Source: a virus
Virus record (IMG/VR): IMGVR_UViG_3300045988_104111
Location: 18,282-82,281 of that record
Length of the DNA: 64,000 nt
Strand: one strand, 5' to 3'
Shown piece by piece: positions 17,521-27,161 of the stretch. The position numbers and the translations under genes are program-made. The notes below the pieces were generated by a model, which was not told the DNA's origin, did not search any database, and was given only the letters and a program-made list of their open reading frames with translations. The stretch's first letter is position 1, and the number at the start of each line of letters is the position of its first letter.

Positions 17521-18147
17521 TTACATGAATGGATTATTTTCATCGGAATCATCCCAAGGATTTTCTGATTCAGCAGGAGTCGGCGTATCAGTAGGCGTAG
17601 TATTGAACACATCACCAAAATCAGGGATTGGGTCATTAGCAGGAGTAGTTGTGGTCTTGGTGGCAGTTAGCTCCTTGAGCGCAGGAATTTCATATTCTCC
17701 CTTTTCAATGGTTTCAACACTATGAACAGATGCAATATATGGGCGCTTACCAATACCGCCATTCTGCCGCTCATATTCTTCGGTTCCAATAACGACTCCG
17801 AACACCTTATTAACTAGCTTCTGTTCGTCCCACTCCCAATTAAAATTCTTATTCGACTTAGTTACGCTTGTAATAAACCCCTTAAAGAAAGGAAGCGCTT
17901 TATCTGAGTAGCTACGCACTAGAACACCATCACGAGGCCAATACTTTGTTTCGCGCTTGTCAGCATCGTATAGCTTCTGATACCAGTTCTTATACTCCCC
18001 TTTGCACACGTCCAGTTCCATTCTTAAATAGCTTTTGTCTGGGTTATCGGTTACTTTCTTAATCCCTACAATGTAAGCGCCATCAGGGATTCTCTTAAAC
18101 CCGCCACCATTTTCCTGAATCTTATCAAAATTAGCAATCTTTTTCAT
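17521..18147 (-). CDS. Phage single-stranded DNA-binding protein (DUF669-like)
   Basis: Sits directly downstream of the Sak4-like ATPase. N-terminus RIPDGAYIVGIKKV. Acidic C-terminal tip ENPWDDSDENNPFM. Confidence 0.55.
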   Translation of the reverse strand: MKKIANFDKIQENGGGFKRIPDGAYIVGIKKVTDNPDKSYLRMELDVCKGEYKNWYQKLYDADKRETKYWPRDGVLVRSYSDKALPFFKGFITSVTKSNKNFNWEWDEQKLVNKVFGVVIGTEEYERQNGGIGKRPYIASVHSVETIEKGEYEIPALKELTATKTTTTPANDPIPDFGDVFNTTPTDTPTPAESENPWDDSDENNPFM

Positions 18148-18187
18148 ACTTTACATACCTCACATTATTTTTCAGTTTGTTTATATT

Positions 18188-18856
18188 TTACTCAGCTTTT
18201 TTAGCTGTAGTAGTAGATTTAGCCTTTGGCGCACTTGCCTTCTTTAGTCCATAATATTCTCTGATTGTGTCATCAACCATCTTTAGATCATTGTCAATCT
18301 CAAGAGAATCAAACATGCCCATTGGTGACTTACATGGATTCGAGCCGTCAGACTGCGTAATAAAATAATGCTTGCGCTCATCTGCTTTACATAGCAGGAC
18401 GATACTAAACAGTCCTTCTACGGTGAGCTGCTGGTCTAGCATCTTACCAAGAGTCTTAACCTTAACCTTGCCATTTTCATCAGTATCAATATGCTGCATG
18501 ATATATACAATCGTATCTGGGCTTGTATCCTCCTGAACAGTACGCAACATTTCCTCGTAGTTCTTAGCCATCGTAGTAAACTTGCCATACCCGACTTCAT
18601 TCACCTTATCAAAGCTTTCAAAAGCCATAAGATACTGAGCATCATCTACGACCCAACTTAGTTTCTTACCGCTACATACTGCGCCTTTGATACTGGTATA
18701 TGTTGCCTTATTCATACTCTGTAGTTTATTTACATTTCTGAATGGTAGCGGCTTAGATGCCACATTTAGGATACCAACATCCTCTTGCTTGAAATTTCTA
18801 AGTGATGCTGATTTACCAGATCCACTTTCACCTAAAATCAAAACTGCTACACCCAT
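18188..18856 (-). CDS. Sak4-like RecA-fold ATPase (single-strand annealing/recombination)
   Basis: Walker A GESGSGKS at residues 9-16. Walker B-like WVVDDAQY. About 220 aa, single domain. Confidence 0.6.
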   Translation of the reverse strand: MGVAVLILGESGSGKSASLRNFKQEDVGILNVASKPLPFRNVNKLQSMNKATYTSIKGAVCSGKKLSWVVDDAQYLMAFESFDKVNEVGYGKFTTMAKNYEEMLRTVQEDTSPDTIVYIMQHIDTDENGKVKVKTLGKMLDQQLTVEGLFSIVLLCKADERKHYFITQSDGSNPCKSPMGMFDSLEIDNDLKMVDDTIREYYGLKKASAPKAKSTTTAKKAE

Positions 18857-18880
18857 TTACTTATTTAATCCTCCTTATTC

Positions 18881-19213
18881 TCATTCAATTTCTTTTAGCC
18901 AAAAATCACGCTTGCATTCAGCACATTCTGTTGTTGGCTCACAGCATTTACGAATGTCCTTAACATATCCAAATCTTCGTGGGCAAAATTCAAGCACGCC
19001 ATTGTTCATATCGGTTTCTGGAAATAGCCTAAGTATTTCGCTCTGTCTTGTTTTGACAGGATGTTCTTTTGCCCATTGCTCTATAATAGGAATTAACTTA
19101 GGAATCCCCACAATAGATGCACACACTTTATACTGACCCACTGGACACTCGCTACAACTTACATAATAATCACACATTCGATTTCGTTGCGTTACATATT
19201 CAACAGCATCCAT
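18881..19213 (-). CDS. Cys-rich hypothetical protein
   Basis: ORF track. Multiple CxxC-like pairs. Confidence 0.5.
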   Translation of the reverse strand: MDAVEYVTQRNRMCDYYVSCSECPVGQYKVCASIVGIPKLIPIIEQWAKEHPVKTRQSEILRLFPETDMNNGVLEFCPRRFGYVKDIRKCCEPTTECAECKRDFWLKEIE

Positions 19214-19216
19214 TAT

Positions 19217-19417
19217 TTACACCTCCTCTAATTTTACACAATATTTTAATTCTTGGAAGATACAATCCTCACAATTAAACGTATTGTAGCAACATTCTTT
19301 GCAATTCTTTGGTACATCATATCCCATATCGCTATACCAATCGTATTGCCTATCAAGCGCAATCGGGCAATACCCGGTCACACATTCATTTGCACAAAAT
19401 CCTTTACATTTCTTCAT
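19217..19417 (-). CDS. Small Cys-rich hypothetical protein
   Basis: ORF track. 10 Cys in 66 aa. Confidence 0.45.
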   Translation of the reverse strand: MKKCKGFCANECVTGYCPIALDRQYDWYSDMGYDVPKNCKECCYNTFNCEDCIFQELKYCVKLEEV

Positions 19418-22400
19418 ATTTCTTCCAACATTTCATTTCGACAATTTTTTCTGGCAATGTCACCCATTCACCATTTTCATCTTTTTTCATTTTATTTTTC
19501 TCTTGCAATACAGCTCTGATCACATCGCCTTTTTCTAATTGATGATTTGCCCAGAATTTCTTATTGGCTCTATATGTGCGTTCTGATCCATAACAAATGT
19601 TATAAACTGAGATATAAACAGTGCCATATCCTGTTGTCTTAACATCTAGCACTAGCCAATCATTAGGGTCTGAATTGGGGTCATTGCCATCTACATATCC
19701 TAATAGCTCGATCTGCCATTTCAGCTTGTCAACAACGGTCGTTTTAGGCATTTTCATTGAGCGTAGAATTGACAGGATAATGCCGCGATTATCAAGATGA
19801 CTAGCTGTTTTCTCTGTCATCTTTCCAGCATACGGCTTGAGCATATCTACATTATAACCCATTTCAGCCCATTTGTCAAGCTTAATTGTCTTGCATTTTG
19901 AAAATTTATTAAAAATCTCAATACCTAACAATAGTGCCTTAGCTGGGCCAAATTCTGTAAAATAACCAATCTTAACCAAAATGTCAAGTTGTCGCGCATC
20001 TGGCTTTGCTTCAAGCTGTTGGATGGCGAATAGCACATCAATAAAATTCTTAAACCGCATATCACGCATACCATATAATGCCTCAGCTACATCGGCGCTC
20101 ATATACTTGATTGAGCCAAGCCCCTTATAGATTGTATTTTCATCTGTATCACAAAAATAATCTGAGCGAGAATGACGGAATTTAGGAGATTTTATTTTAA
20201 TGCCGACCTTATGAGCATATGCCGTTAATGCCGCTGTCTTTTCCTCTTTGCCTTGATTGATATTCATAGCAACTGTAAGGAATTGAAGCGGATAATGGTA
20301 TCTGAGCCAACCTGACACATATCCCTCATAGCTATATGGCTGACTATGATTTAGAGAGAATAGATAATTGCTAGCATCAATAATAACTTGGATAAAATCA
20401 GCTATGACCTTATCTGATTCGTTTTGGTTCATATTGTGTCGCTCTGCCATTGTTTTAGCAAAGCCAGCCTTGATTTGTGGTATATCCTTGTCTGTACCCG
20501 TCTTTTTAGCAAAATGGCGGCGCACAACATCGGCTTCGCCCATAGTATAACCACAATATTCATGTAAGAATTGAATGATTTGACACTGGAATACAAGGTA
20601 GCCAAATGTCGGCTTCATAAATTCATCAATCGCCGCATTTCCAGATTTACGGATAACGCCATTAGCAAGGCCATCACGATATGACGCACCAGCAGGACGA
20701 ATTGCGCCATTACCGATTGATAGCAATGTCATATAGTCAATGTTTGGATTCAACGCCTTAAATTTCTGAATATTAGACTCAGATAAGAGCTGCTTGATAT
20801 ATCTATCACCAGTTGTGCCTTCCCACTGAAAAATAGCCGTAGTATCATCTCTGATACTATCCCATACGGCTTTGTCATTTATATCAACATTGTCAGGCGT
20901 TAGACGCTCAATACCAGCTAATTTACACGTCTCATTGATTAGTTCAATGGTATCAAGCTTGAGCAAATCGAGCTTAACATAATTCTGTAAATCAACCTCT
21001 TTCATATTGATTTGGCTGATTGGTACATCATCTGTTGACGTAGTAAATAATCCCATACGGTCATCAATAGAATGAGGTGATACAACTAAGCCACAAGGAT
21101 GGTTGCCAACTGATACAACGCAACCATTTACAATATCGACATATTTGAATAGCTCCGGATATTTAACACGGCATTTGTCCTCGTCTTGTTCTACGGCATT
21201 ACATATTTGCCCCACTTCATCAAGTGGCATTTCCAACGCTCTGCCAACATCACGAATAGCGCCCTTTAGAGCAATCGTATTAAATGTGACAATATCAGAA
21301 CAATACAACCCATGCTTGTTAAATATATATTGCTTGACCTCGTTGATTCTGCTAGGAGGAAAATCTGTATCAATATCCGACAGCGATACGCGCTCCGTAT
21401 TCATGAATCGCTCAAAATTAAGCCCATGCTTGATGCTATCCATCTCAGTAATACCAAGCAGATAAGCAATGACTGAACCGTTGCATGAACCGCGCCCATA
21501 TCCTACAAGAATGTCCTGCGTCTTGCACCATGCTATAATGTCCTCCATGAGCAGCATAAAGTCAATCGCGCCATTATGGACATATGCTTTCATCTCGTAT
21601 TCAATGCGGTCTATGTATTCTCGATAATTAGGCAGCTTGTCAACACCGCGCCACACAATACCATCTGCGATCTTAGCTCTAAGAACATCCTCGCTATCAT
21701 CGCCCCATAGATGCGGATACTTATAGCTATAATCAAGCTCGAACGGCTCAATCATATCAGCTACAGTATTCGTCATCTCAATAGCATCCAAGTACACATC
21801 TATAGGCAGCGCGTCCTGCATACGGCATAATTGCACCAACTCATCATAACTCATCATTTCAAGATGAAATTTATCTTCACCGTCAAAATGAATATTCTTT
21901 GCTTTTTGTAGAATTTTGCGTCCCTCTACATGAGTAGAATTGAGCGCATGAGTATCGGTACACATCAATAGCCGCAAACCGCTTTGTTTAGATAGCGTCC
22001 ATAATGTATTATTATAGCTCTTTTGAGCGGGGTCAAGATGTGGCTGAATCTCAAGAAAACATCTGTCTTTGTGTTCACATAGCCAATGGTAAAAATCCCA
22101 TCGAACATCATCTGGCGCTTTGTTCAATACGCCACCAAGACAAGCCGTAGACACAATGATATTATCGCTGGTATTCTTTACATCCTCAATCGTGATTCGT
22201 GGCACATAATAGAATGAATTATCGTCACGATTAAATGCTTTGCTTGATAACTTGTTTAGCTCTAATACGCCATCATAATTTTTAGCAATTAGCAAACAGT
22301 GATAATTGTCTCGGATTTTTTCTGATAGTGTCTGAGTTAGATAAAATTCCTGAGCGTGAATATATTTCATACCCATTTCTTCGGTATGCAATTTCTTCTT

Positions 22401-22565
22401 TACCCATTGAAATACAGAACCATGCTCAGAAAACGCCATTGCCTTCATTCCTAGTTCTGCGGCGCGGTCTATATATTGGTCATATCGTGTTACAGAATCT
22501 ATATTAGTTACTCCGTTAGATAACATAGAATGAATATGTAGGATTGTATAATTTTCGTTCATCAC
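19404..22565 (-). CDS. dnaE: DNA polymerase III alpha subunit (DnaE-type)
   Basis: PHP domain ILHIHSMLSNG, FSEHGSV. Polymerase core GYGRGSCNGSVIAYLLGIT and SLSDIDTDF. Start is GTG 22565 or ATG 22562. Confidence 0.85.
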   Translation of the reverse strand: MMNENYTILHIHSMLSNGVTNIDSVTRYDQYIDRAAELGMKAMAFSEHGSVFQWVKKKLHTEEMGMKYIHAQEFYLTQTLSEKIRDNYHCLLIAKNYDGVLELNKLSSKAFNRDDNSFYYVPRITIEDVKNTSDNIIVSTACLGGVLNKAPDDVRWDFYHWLCEHKDRCFLEIQPHLDPAQKSYNNTLWTLSKQSGLRLLMCTDTHALNSTHVEGRKILQKAKNIHFDGEDKFHLEMMSYDELVQLCRMQDALPIDVYLDAIEMTNTVADMIEPFELDYSYKYPHLWGDDSEDVLRAKIADGIVWRGVDKLPNYREYIDRIEYEMKAYVHNGAIDFMLLMEDIIAWCKTQDILVGYGRGSCNGSVIAYLLGITEMDSIKHGLNFERFMNTERVSLSDIDTDFPPSRINEVKQYIFNKHGLYCSDIVTFNTIALKGAIRDVGRALEMPLDEVGQICNAVEQDEDKCRVKYPELFKYVDIVNGCVVSVGNHPCGLVVSPHSIDDRMGLFTTSTDDVPISQINMKEVDLQNYVKLDLLKLDTIELINETCKLAGIERLTPDNVDINDKAVWDSIRDDTTAIFQWEGTTGDRYIKQLLSESNIQKFKALNPNIDYMTLLSIGNGAIRPAGASYRDGLANGVIRKSGNAAIDEFMKPTFGYLVFQCQIIQFLHEYCGYTMGEADVVRRHFAKKTGTDKDIPQIKAGFAKTMAERHNMNQNESDKVIADFIQVIIDASNYLFSLNHSQPYSYEGYVSGWLRYHYPLQFLTVAMNINQGKEEKTAALTAYAHKVGIKIKSPKFRHSRSDYFCDTDENTIYKGLGSIKYMSADVAEALYGMRDMRFKNFIDVLFAIQQLEAKPDARQLDILVKIGYFTEFGPAKALLLGIEIFNKFSKCKTIKLDKWAEMGYNVDMLKPYAGKMTEKTASHLDNRGIILSILRSMKMPKTTVVDKLKWQIELLGYVDGNDPNSDPNDWLVLDVKTTGYGTVYISVYNICYGSERTYRANKKFWANHQLEKGDVIRAVLQEKNKMKKDENGEWVTLPEKIVEMKCWKKYEEM

Positions 22566-22600
22566 TTCATCAACTCAAATACATCTTCACTATGTTTCAT
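22562..22600 (-). CDS. 12-codon leader ORF translationally coupled to dnaE
   Basis: AAGGAGGaataaaccATG aaa cat ... aag TGA. The TGA overlaps the dnaE ATG (TGATG). Confidence 0.35.
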   Translation of the reverse strand: MKHSEDVFELMK

Positions 22601-22603
22601 GGT

Positions 22604-22768
22604 TTATTCCTCCTTCATATATCCGTCACAATATTCACATCTTGCTTCATTTGGATTATGTGGTGCGCCACAATGAGGACAAACGATTGGATATTTCTTT
22701 GATTCAATTTTATCCCATACTTTATATTCAGAATCTTCTTCTTGTTTTACGTTCGCAGTGAATATCAA
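22604..22768 (-). CDS. Small zinc-ribbon protein (start uncertain)
   Basis: The frame encodes ...KVWDKIESKKYPIVCPHCGAPHNPNEARCEYCDGYMKEE. The only candidate start is TTG at 22768. It is in frame with a 29-codon ORF that starts at 22876 and ends at TAA 22787-22789. Confidence 0.35.
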   Translation of the reverse strand: MIFTANVKQEEDSEYKVWDKIESKKYPIVCPHCGAPHNPNEARCEYCDGYMKEE

Positions 22769-22872
22769 TTGATTCGCCTTAAAAACTTAAGCTCGTGGTG
22801 GGACGTGATTGAATTTTATAGAACCTGCCAATGGAGATTCAACAAATGCTTTGATATAATCTTTTCTAAATG

Positions 22873-23514
22873 TCATTTATAATTCACCGGCATAACCACA
22901 CCATCTCCATTTTCAGCTTTGAGATAAATTGGTCCGATTCTGTTTGCCGCATACGCCTTACAATCAGGCAGACATTCCATAGCGTTAAGCAAATACTGCG
23001 GATTGACCCAAAGATTCAATTCCTCATTGAGCAGATAATCAGCTACTTTCTTGGGATTATTCTTCTCCTTGATTTTATGCGTCTTGATATATACCTTGAG
23101 TTTGCCAATATCAGGAAGGGTAATTTCTTTTCCAAAATCAGGCTTTCTAACAATATATTCAAGTTGCATTTCCTGTCCATGATATTTTTCATCAATTTCA
23201 GGTAGAAACTGCTTTTCATTGAATCTAATAGCTACAAACCCATCGCATACACAATATTTTGTTTCACCGTATTTATCTTTGTTCTCGAACATGCCTTCAA
23301 GCACAGGACGCTTGCTAGATTTAGCGTTCTTAATGATACGGTTAGCTGCATTCACGATTGACTTTGTACCAGATTTCTTGGACTGCTCAATGAGCATATC
23401 AGATTCAAGAGATTTGAGAACGTCCAGCATTTCATTCTCCATCATAAGAAATCCTTCATCGTGAATCTTAATGCTCCAAGATTTGATAATGTAATACAAT
23501 TTTTCAGTAGTCAT
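22873..23514 (-). CDS. Hypothetical protein adjacent to dnaE
   Basis: ATG at 23514 is preceded by aaaGGGGcggttgttgtt. The alternative ATG at 23535 would be almost leaderless. C-terminus is GPIYLKAENGDGVVMPVNYK. Confidence 0.55.
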   Translation of the reverse strand: MTTEKLYYIIKSWSIKIHDEGFLMMENEMLDVLKSLESDMLIEQSKKSGTKSIVNAANRIIKNAKSSKRPVLEGMFENKDKYGETKYCVCDGFVAIRFNEKQFLPEIDEKYHGQEMQLEYIVRKPDFGKEITLPDIGKLKVYIKTHKIKEKNNPKKVADYLLNEELNLWVNPQYLLNAMECLPDCKAYAANRIGPIYLKAENGDGVVMPVNYK

Positions 23515-23546
23515 AACAACAACCGCCCCTTTCATTTGATACTTGG

Positions 23547-23575
23547 ATTATATCATAGATTGGAGCGGTTGTCAA
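23547..23575 (-). promoter_or_regulatory. Sigma70-type promoter (TTGACA-17-TATAAT, extended TG)
   Basis: Minus strand reads cTTGACAaccgctccaatctaTGaTATAAT. Confidence 0.7.
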
Positions 23576-23581
23576 GAGTGT

Positions 23582-23788
23582 TTATTTAATTTTTTCTACA
23601 GGTTCTCTAACAAATTCAAAATATTGTGGCATTTCAGGTAATATTCTAACATTTCGTCCGACTAAGTGAAGCCGCAGTTCTGACAATAGCATATTAACTT
23701 GCTTACAACTTAAATTCTCGTTAAATCTAACAATATATGTGCCACCATCTTGTAGAGATTTGACGGTTCTAATTTCTTCATCATTCAT
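23582..23788 (-). CDS. Hypothetical protein
   Basis: ORF track. Its start overlaps the stop of the MBL gene. Confidence 0.5.
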   Translation of the reverse strand: MNDEEIRTVKSLQDGGTYIVRFNENLSCKQVNMLLSELRLHLVGRNVRILPEMPQYFEFVREPVEKIK

Positions 23789-25158
23789 ATGAATATCCTC
23801 TGATCTTGATTTACTGCTACAACCCTGCTTGATTTACCTTGTTTAATTAGCTCGTCTTGTAGGGTATTAGCAAATTCTACTTTGTTCTCATAATTGCCAT
23901 GCACTAAACAGAGTTTGTTGAAACGGCATTGATTTGTCAAGTAGTCAATCAATTCTTCATAGCTGGCATGACTACTAAATGAGCGCAGTTCTGTGATATT
24001 TGCTTTATTTGCTACGTTTACGCCATCAACATTGACCTCTGGCATATTAGATTTGATTTGAGACGCAAGCCCATTATCACCAGCAAACCCACAAAATAAG
24101 ATATGATTGCGGCTATCAGGTAGAGCCGTTTTTAGATGGCTCATAATTCTACCACCAACAAGGAAGCCTGACGCACTGATGATTAAGCAATGCTCGTTTC
24201 GCATTTGTAGATTGACTGATTCTTCTTGAGATTCAACAATTCTTACATTCTCAAGCTCGTCTTCTTCCCACGTCCAGATTGCACAAAATTTAGACGCAAG
24301 TGGTGAGTCGAGATAAATTTTGATTTGCTTATCAATGCCCTCGTCATGCAATAGGCGCAACATAGATTGAGTGCGGTCAAGAGAAAAACAGGGGGTGAGA
24401 ATTTTATTTGATTCAGCAATGATCGTCTTAATCTTCTCAATATCCTTATCTCTATCCTTGGGGCTGTTAGGTCGCCCCTGTTGACAATATGTGCATTCAG
24501 AGATAAGAACATCAACGAATGGCAACGTCTGTCTACGCGCCTTGTACGGTCTTTCAGACGCACCGCCAATATCACTAGTGAATCCAATGCGCTTAGTCAC
24601 ATATCCATCTTTTAGCTCAAGTACACATTGCGCTGAATTGATAATATGTCCGGCAGGATAATATGTTAGCTTAATATCAGACGCAAGCTGAATAGGTATA
24701 TTATAATCGACTTCTATGATACGATTAAGCGCACGTTCAATAGCTTGCTCGTCATAGAATGGCGCAGCCTTCTGGCCATGCTTATTCTTAATTTTTAGAC
24801 AATCAGATCGCATGATTTTTAGGCTATCTTCCCATAACAATTTGAGAAAATTAGTAGAGCCAGATGGGGCATATAGATGCGCATTACATCCTTTAGCATA
24901 TAGCGCAGGAGCAAGTCCAATATGGTCTAAATGGCTATGATTTAACACAATAAAATCTACATCTCTTGGTTTAATCTTTTTTAGCTGAGCAAGATTAGCC
25001 TTATAGTCGGACACAATATCCCCCATACCCTGTATCATGCCACAATCTAGGAGGATACTATATTTCTTGAATCGTACATGATGGCAAGAGCCGGTCACAT
25101 CAACTGCGGCATTTGATAAGAAGTGAATATACGGCTTTTTACAACCTCGGTCTGTCAA
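23785..25158 (-). CDS. Metallo-beta-lactamase fold nuclease (beta-CASP-like)
   Basis: HxHxDH motif in VLNHSHLDHIG. 457 aa, consistent with the MBL plus beta-CASP architecture. Confidence 0.7.
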   Translation of the reverse strand: MTDRGCKKPYIHFLSNAAVDVTGSCHHVRFKKYSILLDCGMIQGMGDIVSDYKANLAQLKKIKPRDVDFIVLNHSHLDHIGLAPALYAKGCNAHLYAPSGSTNFLKLLWEDSLKIMRSDCLKIKNKHGQKAAPFYDEQAIERALNRIIEVDYNIPIQLASDIKLTYYPAGHIINSAQCVLELKDGYVTKRIGFTSDIGGASERPYKARRQTLPFVDVLISECTYCQQGRPNSPKDRDKDIEKIKTIIAESNKILTPCFSLDRTQSMLRLLHDEGIDKQIKIYLDSPLASKFCAIWTWEEDELENVRIVESQEESVNLQMRNEHCLIISASGFLVGGRIMSHLKTALPDSRNHILFCGFAGDNGLASQIKSNMPEVNVDGVNVANKANITELRSFSSHASYEELIDYLTNQCRFNKLCLVHGNYENKVEFANTLQDELIKQGKSSRVVAVNQDQRIFI

Positions 25159-25349
25159 CTAACCGACTCCTTTCTCATCTTCAGCACATTTCTCAGTACA
25201 CAATCCATGCAATTCAAGTCAGCATCATTCCACATTTTATCTCTCTGTGCTGTCATACGTGGATCGATTTTTACATATTTGTCGCAATCAGATTGATAAT
25301 CACAACGCATACATGGAATTTCCATAAGCATTTGAGGTCTACGGCTCAT
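25155..25349 (-). CDS. Small Cys-rich hypothetical protein
   Basis: ORF track. Overlapping start/stop with neighbours. Confidence 0.45.
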   Translation of the reverse strand: MSRRPQMLMEIPCMRCDYQSDCDKYVKIDPRMTAQRDKMWNDADLNCMDCVLRNVLKMRKESVS

Positions 25350-25627
25350 TCATATTCCTCCTCATAATCAGGTTCGCTTACTTGAAATCCGATAGCCTGA
25401 GTAATAGCAGGACTAGGCGAAATTTTTTCAACGGCTGCTTCATGTTCTGCCTTATCAATCTCTAACTCAAGCGACATGCGGTTAATCTTAGCATTGATAA
25501 CTGATTGTGCCAAATCCACAATCGAGCCGCACAGAGGCAACAGTGAGCTTACAAACAGGACTGCGCCTCCTGCAATCCATAGTGGCGTTAAATTATTCTC
25601 TCTTTTCACTACGAGCATTAACCTCAT
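25346..25627 (-). CDS. Small membrane protein
   Basis: Hydrophobic segment LWIAGGAVLFVSSLLPLCGSIV. Confidence 0.5.
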   Translation of the reverse strand: MRLMLVVKRENNLTPLWIAGGAVLFVSSLLPLCGSIVDLAQSVINAKINRMSLELEIDKAEHEAAVEKISPSPAITQAIGFQVSEPDYEEEYE

Positions 25628-25802
25628 TTACTTTAGATTTGATCAGCTCTTTAATTGCTTTGGCAGAAGTCAAGTTGGAAATAGATTTATCTATTGCACA
25701 AATACAAGCATTCCAACCAGCCATCAAACCTTGATTAAAATAGCTTTGAAATTTAGGCTCAAGCTCTTTCTTCAAAATATTTTTTAATTCATTATCCGAC
25801 AT
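25593..25802 (-). CDS. Hypothetical protein
   Basis: Internal ATG at 25802 is preceded by atagGGAGGGGacat. The longer ORF-track version overlaps the upstream gene. Confidence 0.5.
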   Translation of the reverse strand: MSDNELKNILKKELEPKFQSYFNQGLMAGWNACICAIDKSISNLTSAKAIKELIKSKVNEVNARSEKRE

Positions 25803-25836
25803 ATGTCCCCTCCCTATATGGTGCATTTCTGTCATA

Positions 25837-26271
25837 TCAATCTGCCAACTCAAGGCTAGACAATGCAACAACACACGGCTTATCAGAATTTGCATTGTCG
25901 ATAAGAGCAATGCCCTTTGTTTTATCAATATATTTAACTGTCCACACTCGAGTTCTCACATGGTTAATCACTACTCTGTCCCCGACCTTAATTTCTCTTG
26001 GCTTCTTTGCTTCATTCATTTTTGCTTTTAGCTCATCAAGCCCAACCTGCAAACGCCAATCATCGTCAGGATGGCATCTTGTTTCAACCTTCTTGCCATC
26101 CTTGCTTGTCATCGTCATACGATTACCCTTAATATGCAGGTCATAATCGCCCTCTAGCCACTTAGGTGCTAGATTCTTTTCATAGAATTTGTATTCTAGC
26201 TTCATCTTATTCTTTTCCCTTTCTTTCATGATTTCATCGTACAAGCTGTTAAATACATCTTCCCACATCAT
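25837..26271 (-). CDS. Hypothetical protein
   Basis: ORF track. Co-oriented with neighbours. Confidence 0.55.
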   Translation of the reverse strand: MMWEDVFNSLYDEIMKEREKNKMKLEYKFYEKNLAPKWLEGDYDLHIKGNRMTMTSKDGKKVETRCHPDDDWRLQVGLDELKAKMNEAKKPREIKVGDRVVINHVRTRVWTVKYIDKTKGIALIDNANSDKPCVVALSSLELAD

Positions 26272-26292
26272 TATTTATGTCCTCCTTATGTC

Positions 26293-27132
26293 TTAAAAAT
26301 TCACAACGCTCATAGCGTTTACTGCACGTTGTTCGGTGCGCTTAATATATCTGTTCGCCGTAATAGCAATCGAGCTATGCCCCATCGCCTTACTAATAAC
26401 CTCAATAGGTACATCTGCTTCAGACATCATGGTAGCAAACGTGCGGCGCATGGTATGATTACTAATATGCAATTCTTCCCAATTCTCAATACCAGCTTTT
26501 CTAGCTGCTACCTTGAGCATAGCGCTGGTATTTTTGCCATCCATCTTATTGCCTTGATTGCCAACAAATAAATATTCACAACCATTTTTGCGTTCATTGG
26601 TAATATAGCTATCAATCAGCTTGATCGTCTCATCGGACAAACCAATCAATCTATCCTTATCGCCCTTACCACGAATGACTAGGATATTATTACTGCGGCT
26701 TTCATACTGTTCAAGTGTGATATTGAGCAATTCGTGAATACGCAAGCCAGTTTGCGCAAGCATCATGATAATCGCCTTATTGCGCAAATTGGTTGCGGCA
26801 TTGACCATTGCTCTGACCTGTTCGCCAGTCAGCGCAGATTGTTCACGATTCTTGATAGCAGGAGCTTCAAGAAACTCAGCCGGATTGCGCTGAATGAACT
26901 CATTCCGATATAGGAATTTGAAATATTCACGAACAGCCGATGTTCTCTGAGCAACAGATGCAGAACTGAGATTGTCCATGCTGGACTGCCACATCTCAAG
27001 ATCAATAGCCTTAATTTCAGATTCAGGCTTGTTGACATACTTCAAGCAATTATTAACCGCCTTGGTATATTCTCTGATTGTACCTTCGCTACGGTGCTTT
27101 GCTTTCAAGCTCATAACAAACAGTTCGTTCAT
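26293..27132 (-). CDS. Tyrosine recombinase / integrase (XerC/D-like, short)
   Basis: GLRIHELLN (Arg box), HTMRRTFAT (HxxR), GHSSIAITANRYIK (His...Tyr). ATG at 27132 is preceded by GAAGGAGctgaatgat. Confidence 0.75.
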   Translation of the reverse strand: MNELFVMSLKAKHRSEGTIREYTKAVNNCLKYVNKPESEIKAIDLEMWQSSMDNLSSASVAQRTSAVREYFKFLYRNEFIQRNPAEFLEAPAIKNREQSALTGEQVRAMVNAATNLRNKAIIMMLAQTGLRIHELLNITLEQYESRSNNILVIRGKGDKDRLIGLSDETIKLIDSYITNERKNGCEYLFVGNQGNKMDGKNTSAMLKVAARKAGIENWEELHISNHTMRRTFATMMSEADVPIEVISKAMGHSSIAITANRYIKRTEQRAVNAMSVVNF

Positions 27133-27161
27133 ATCATTCAGCTCCTTCATTTGATGGTTTA

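Noticed and set aside
22604-22876. Stop-codon readthrough or recoding: a 29-codon ORF (ATGA-coupled at 22876) is in frame with the zinc-ribbon ORF across a TAA at 22787-22789
   Set aside because: All long genes in the window are intact under the standard code, and the tRNA anticodon reads UAU rather than UUA under canonical numbering. A TTG start at 22768 or a sequencing or real nonsense mutation is the simpler explanation. Still worth a glance if proteomics is available.
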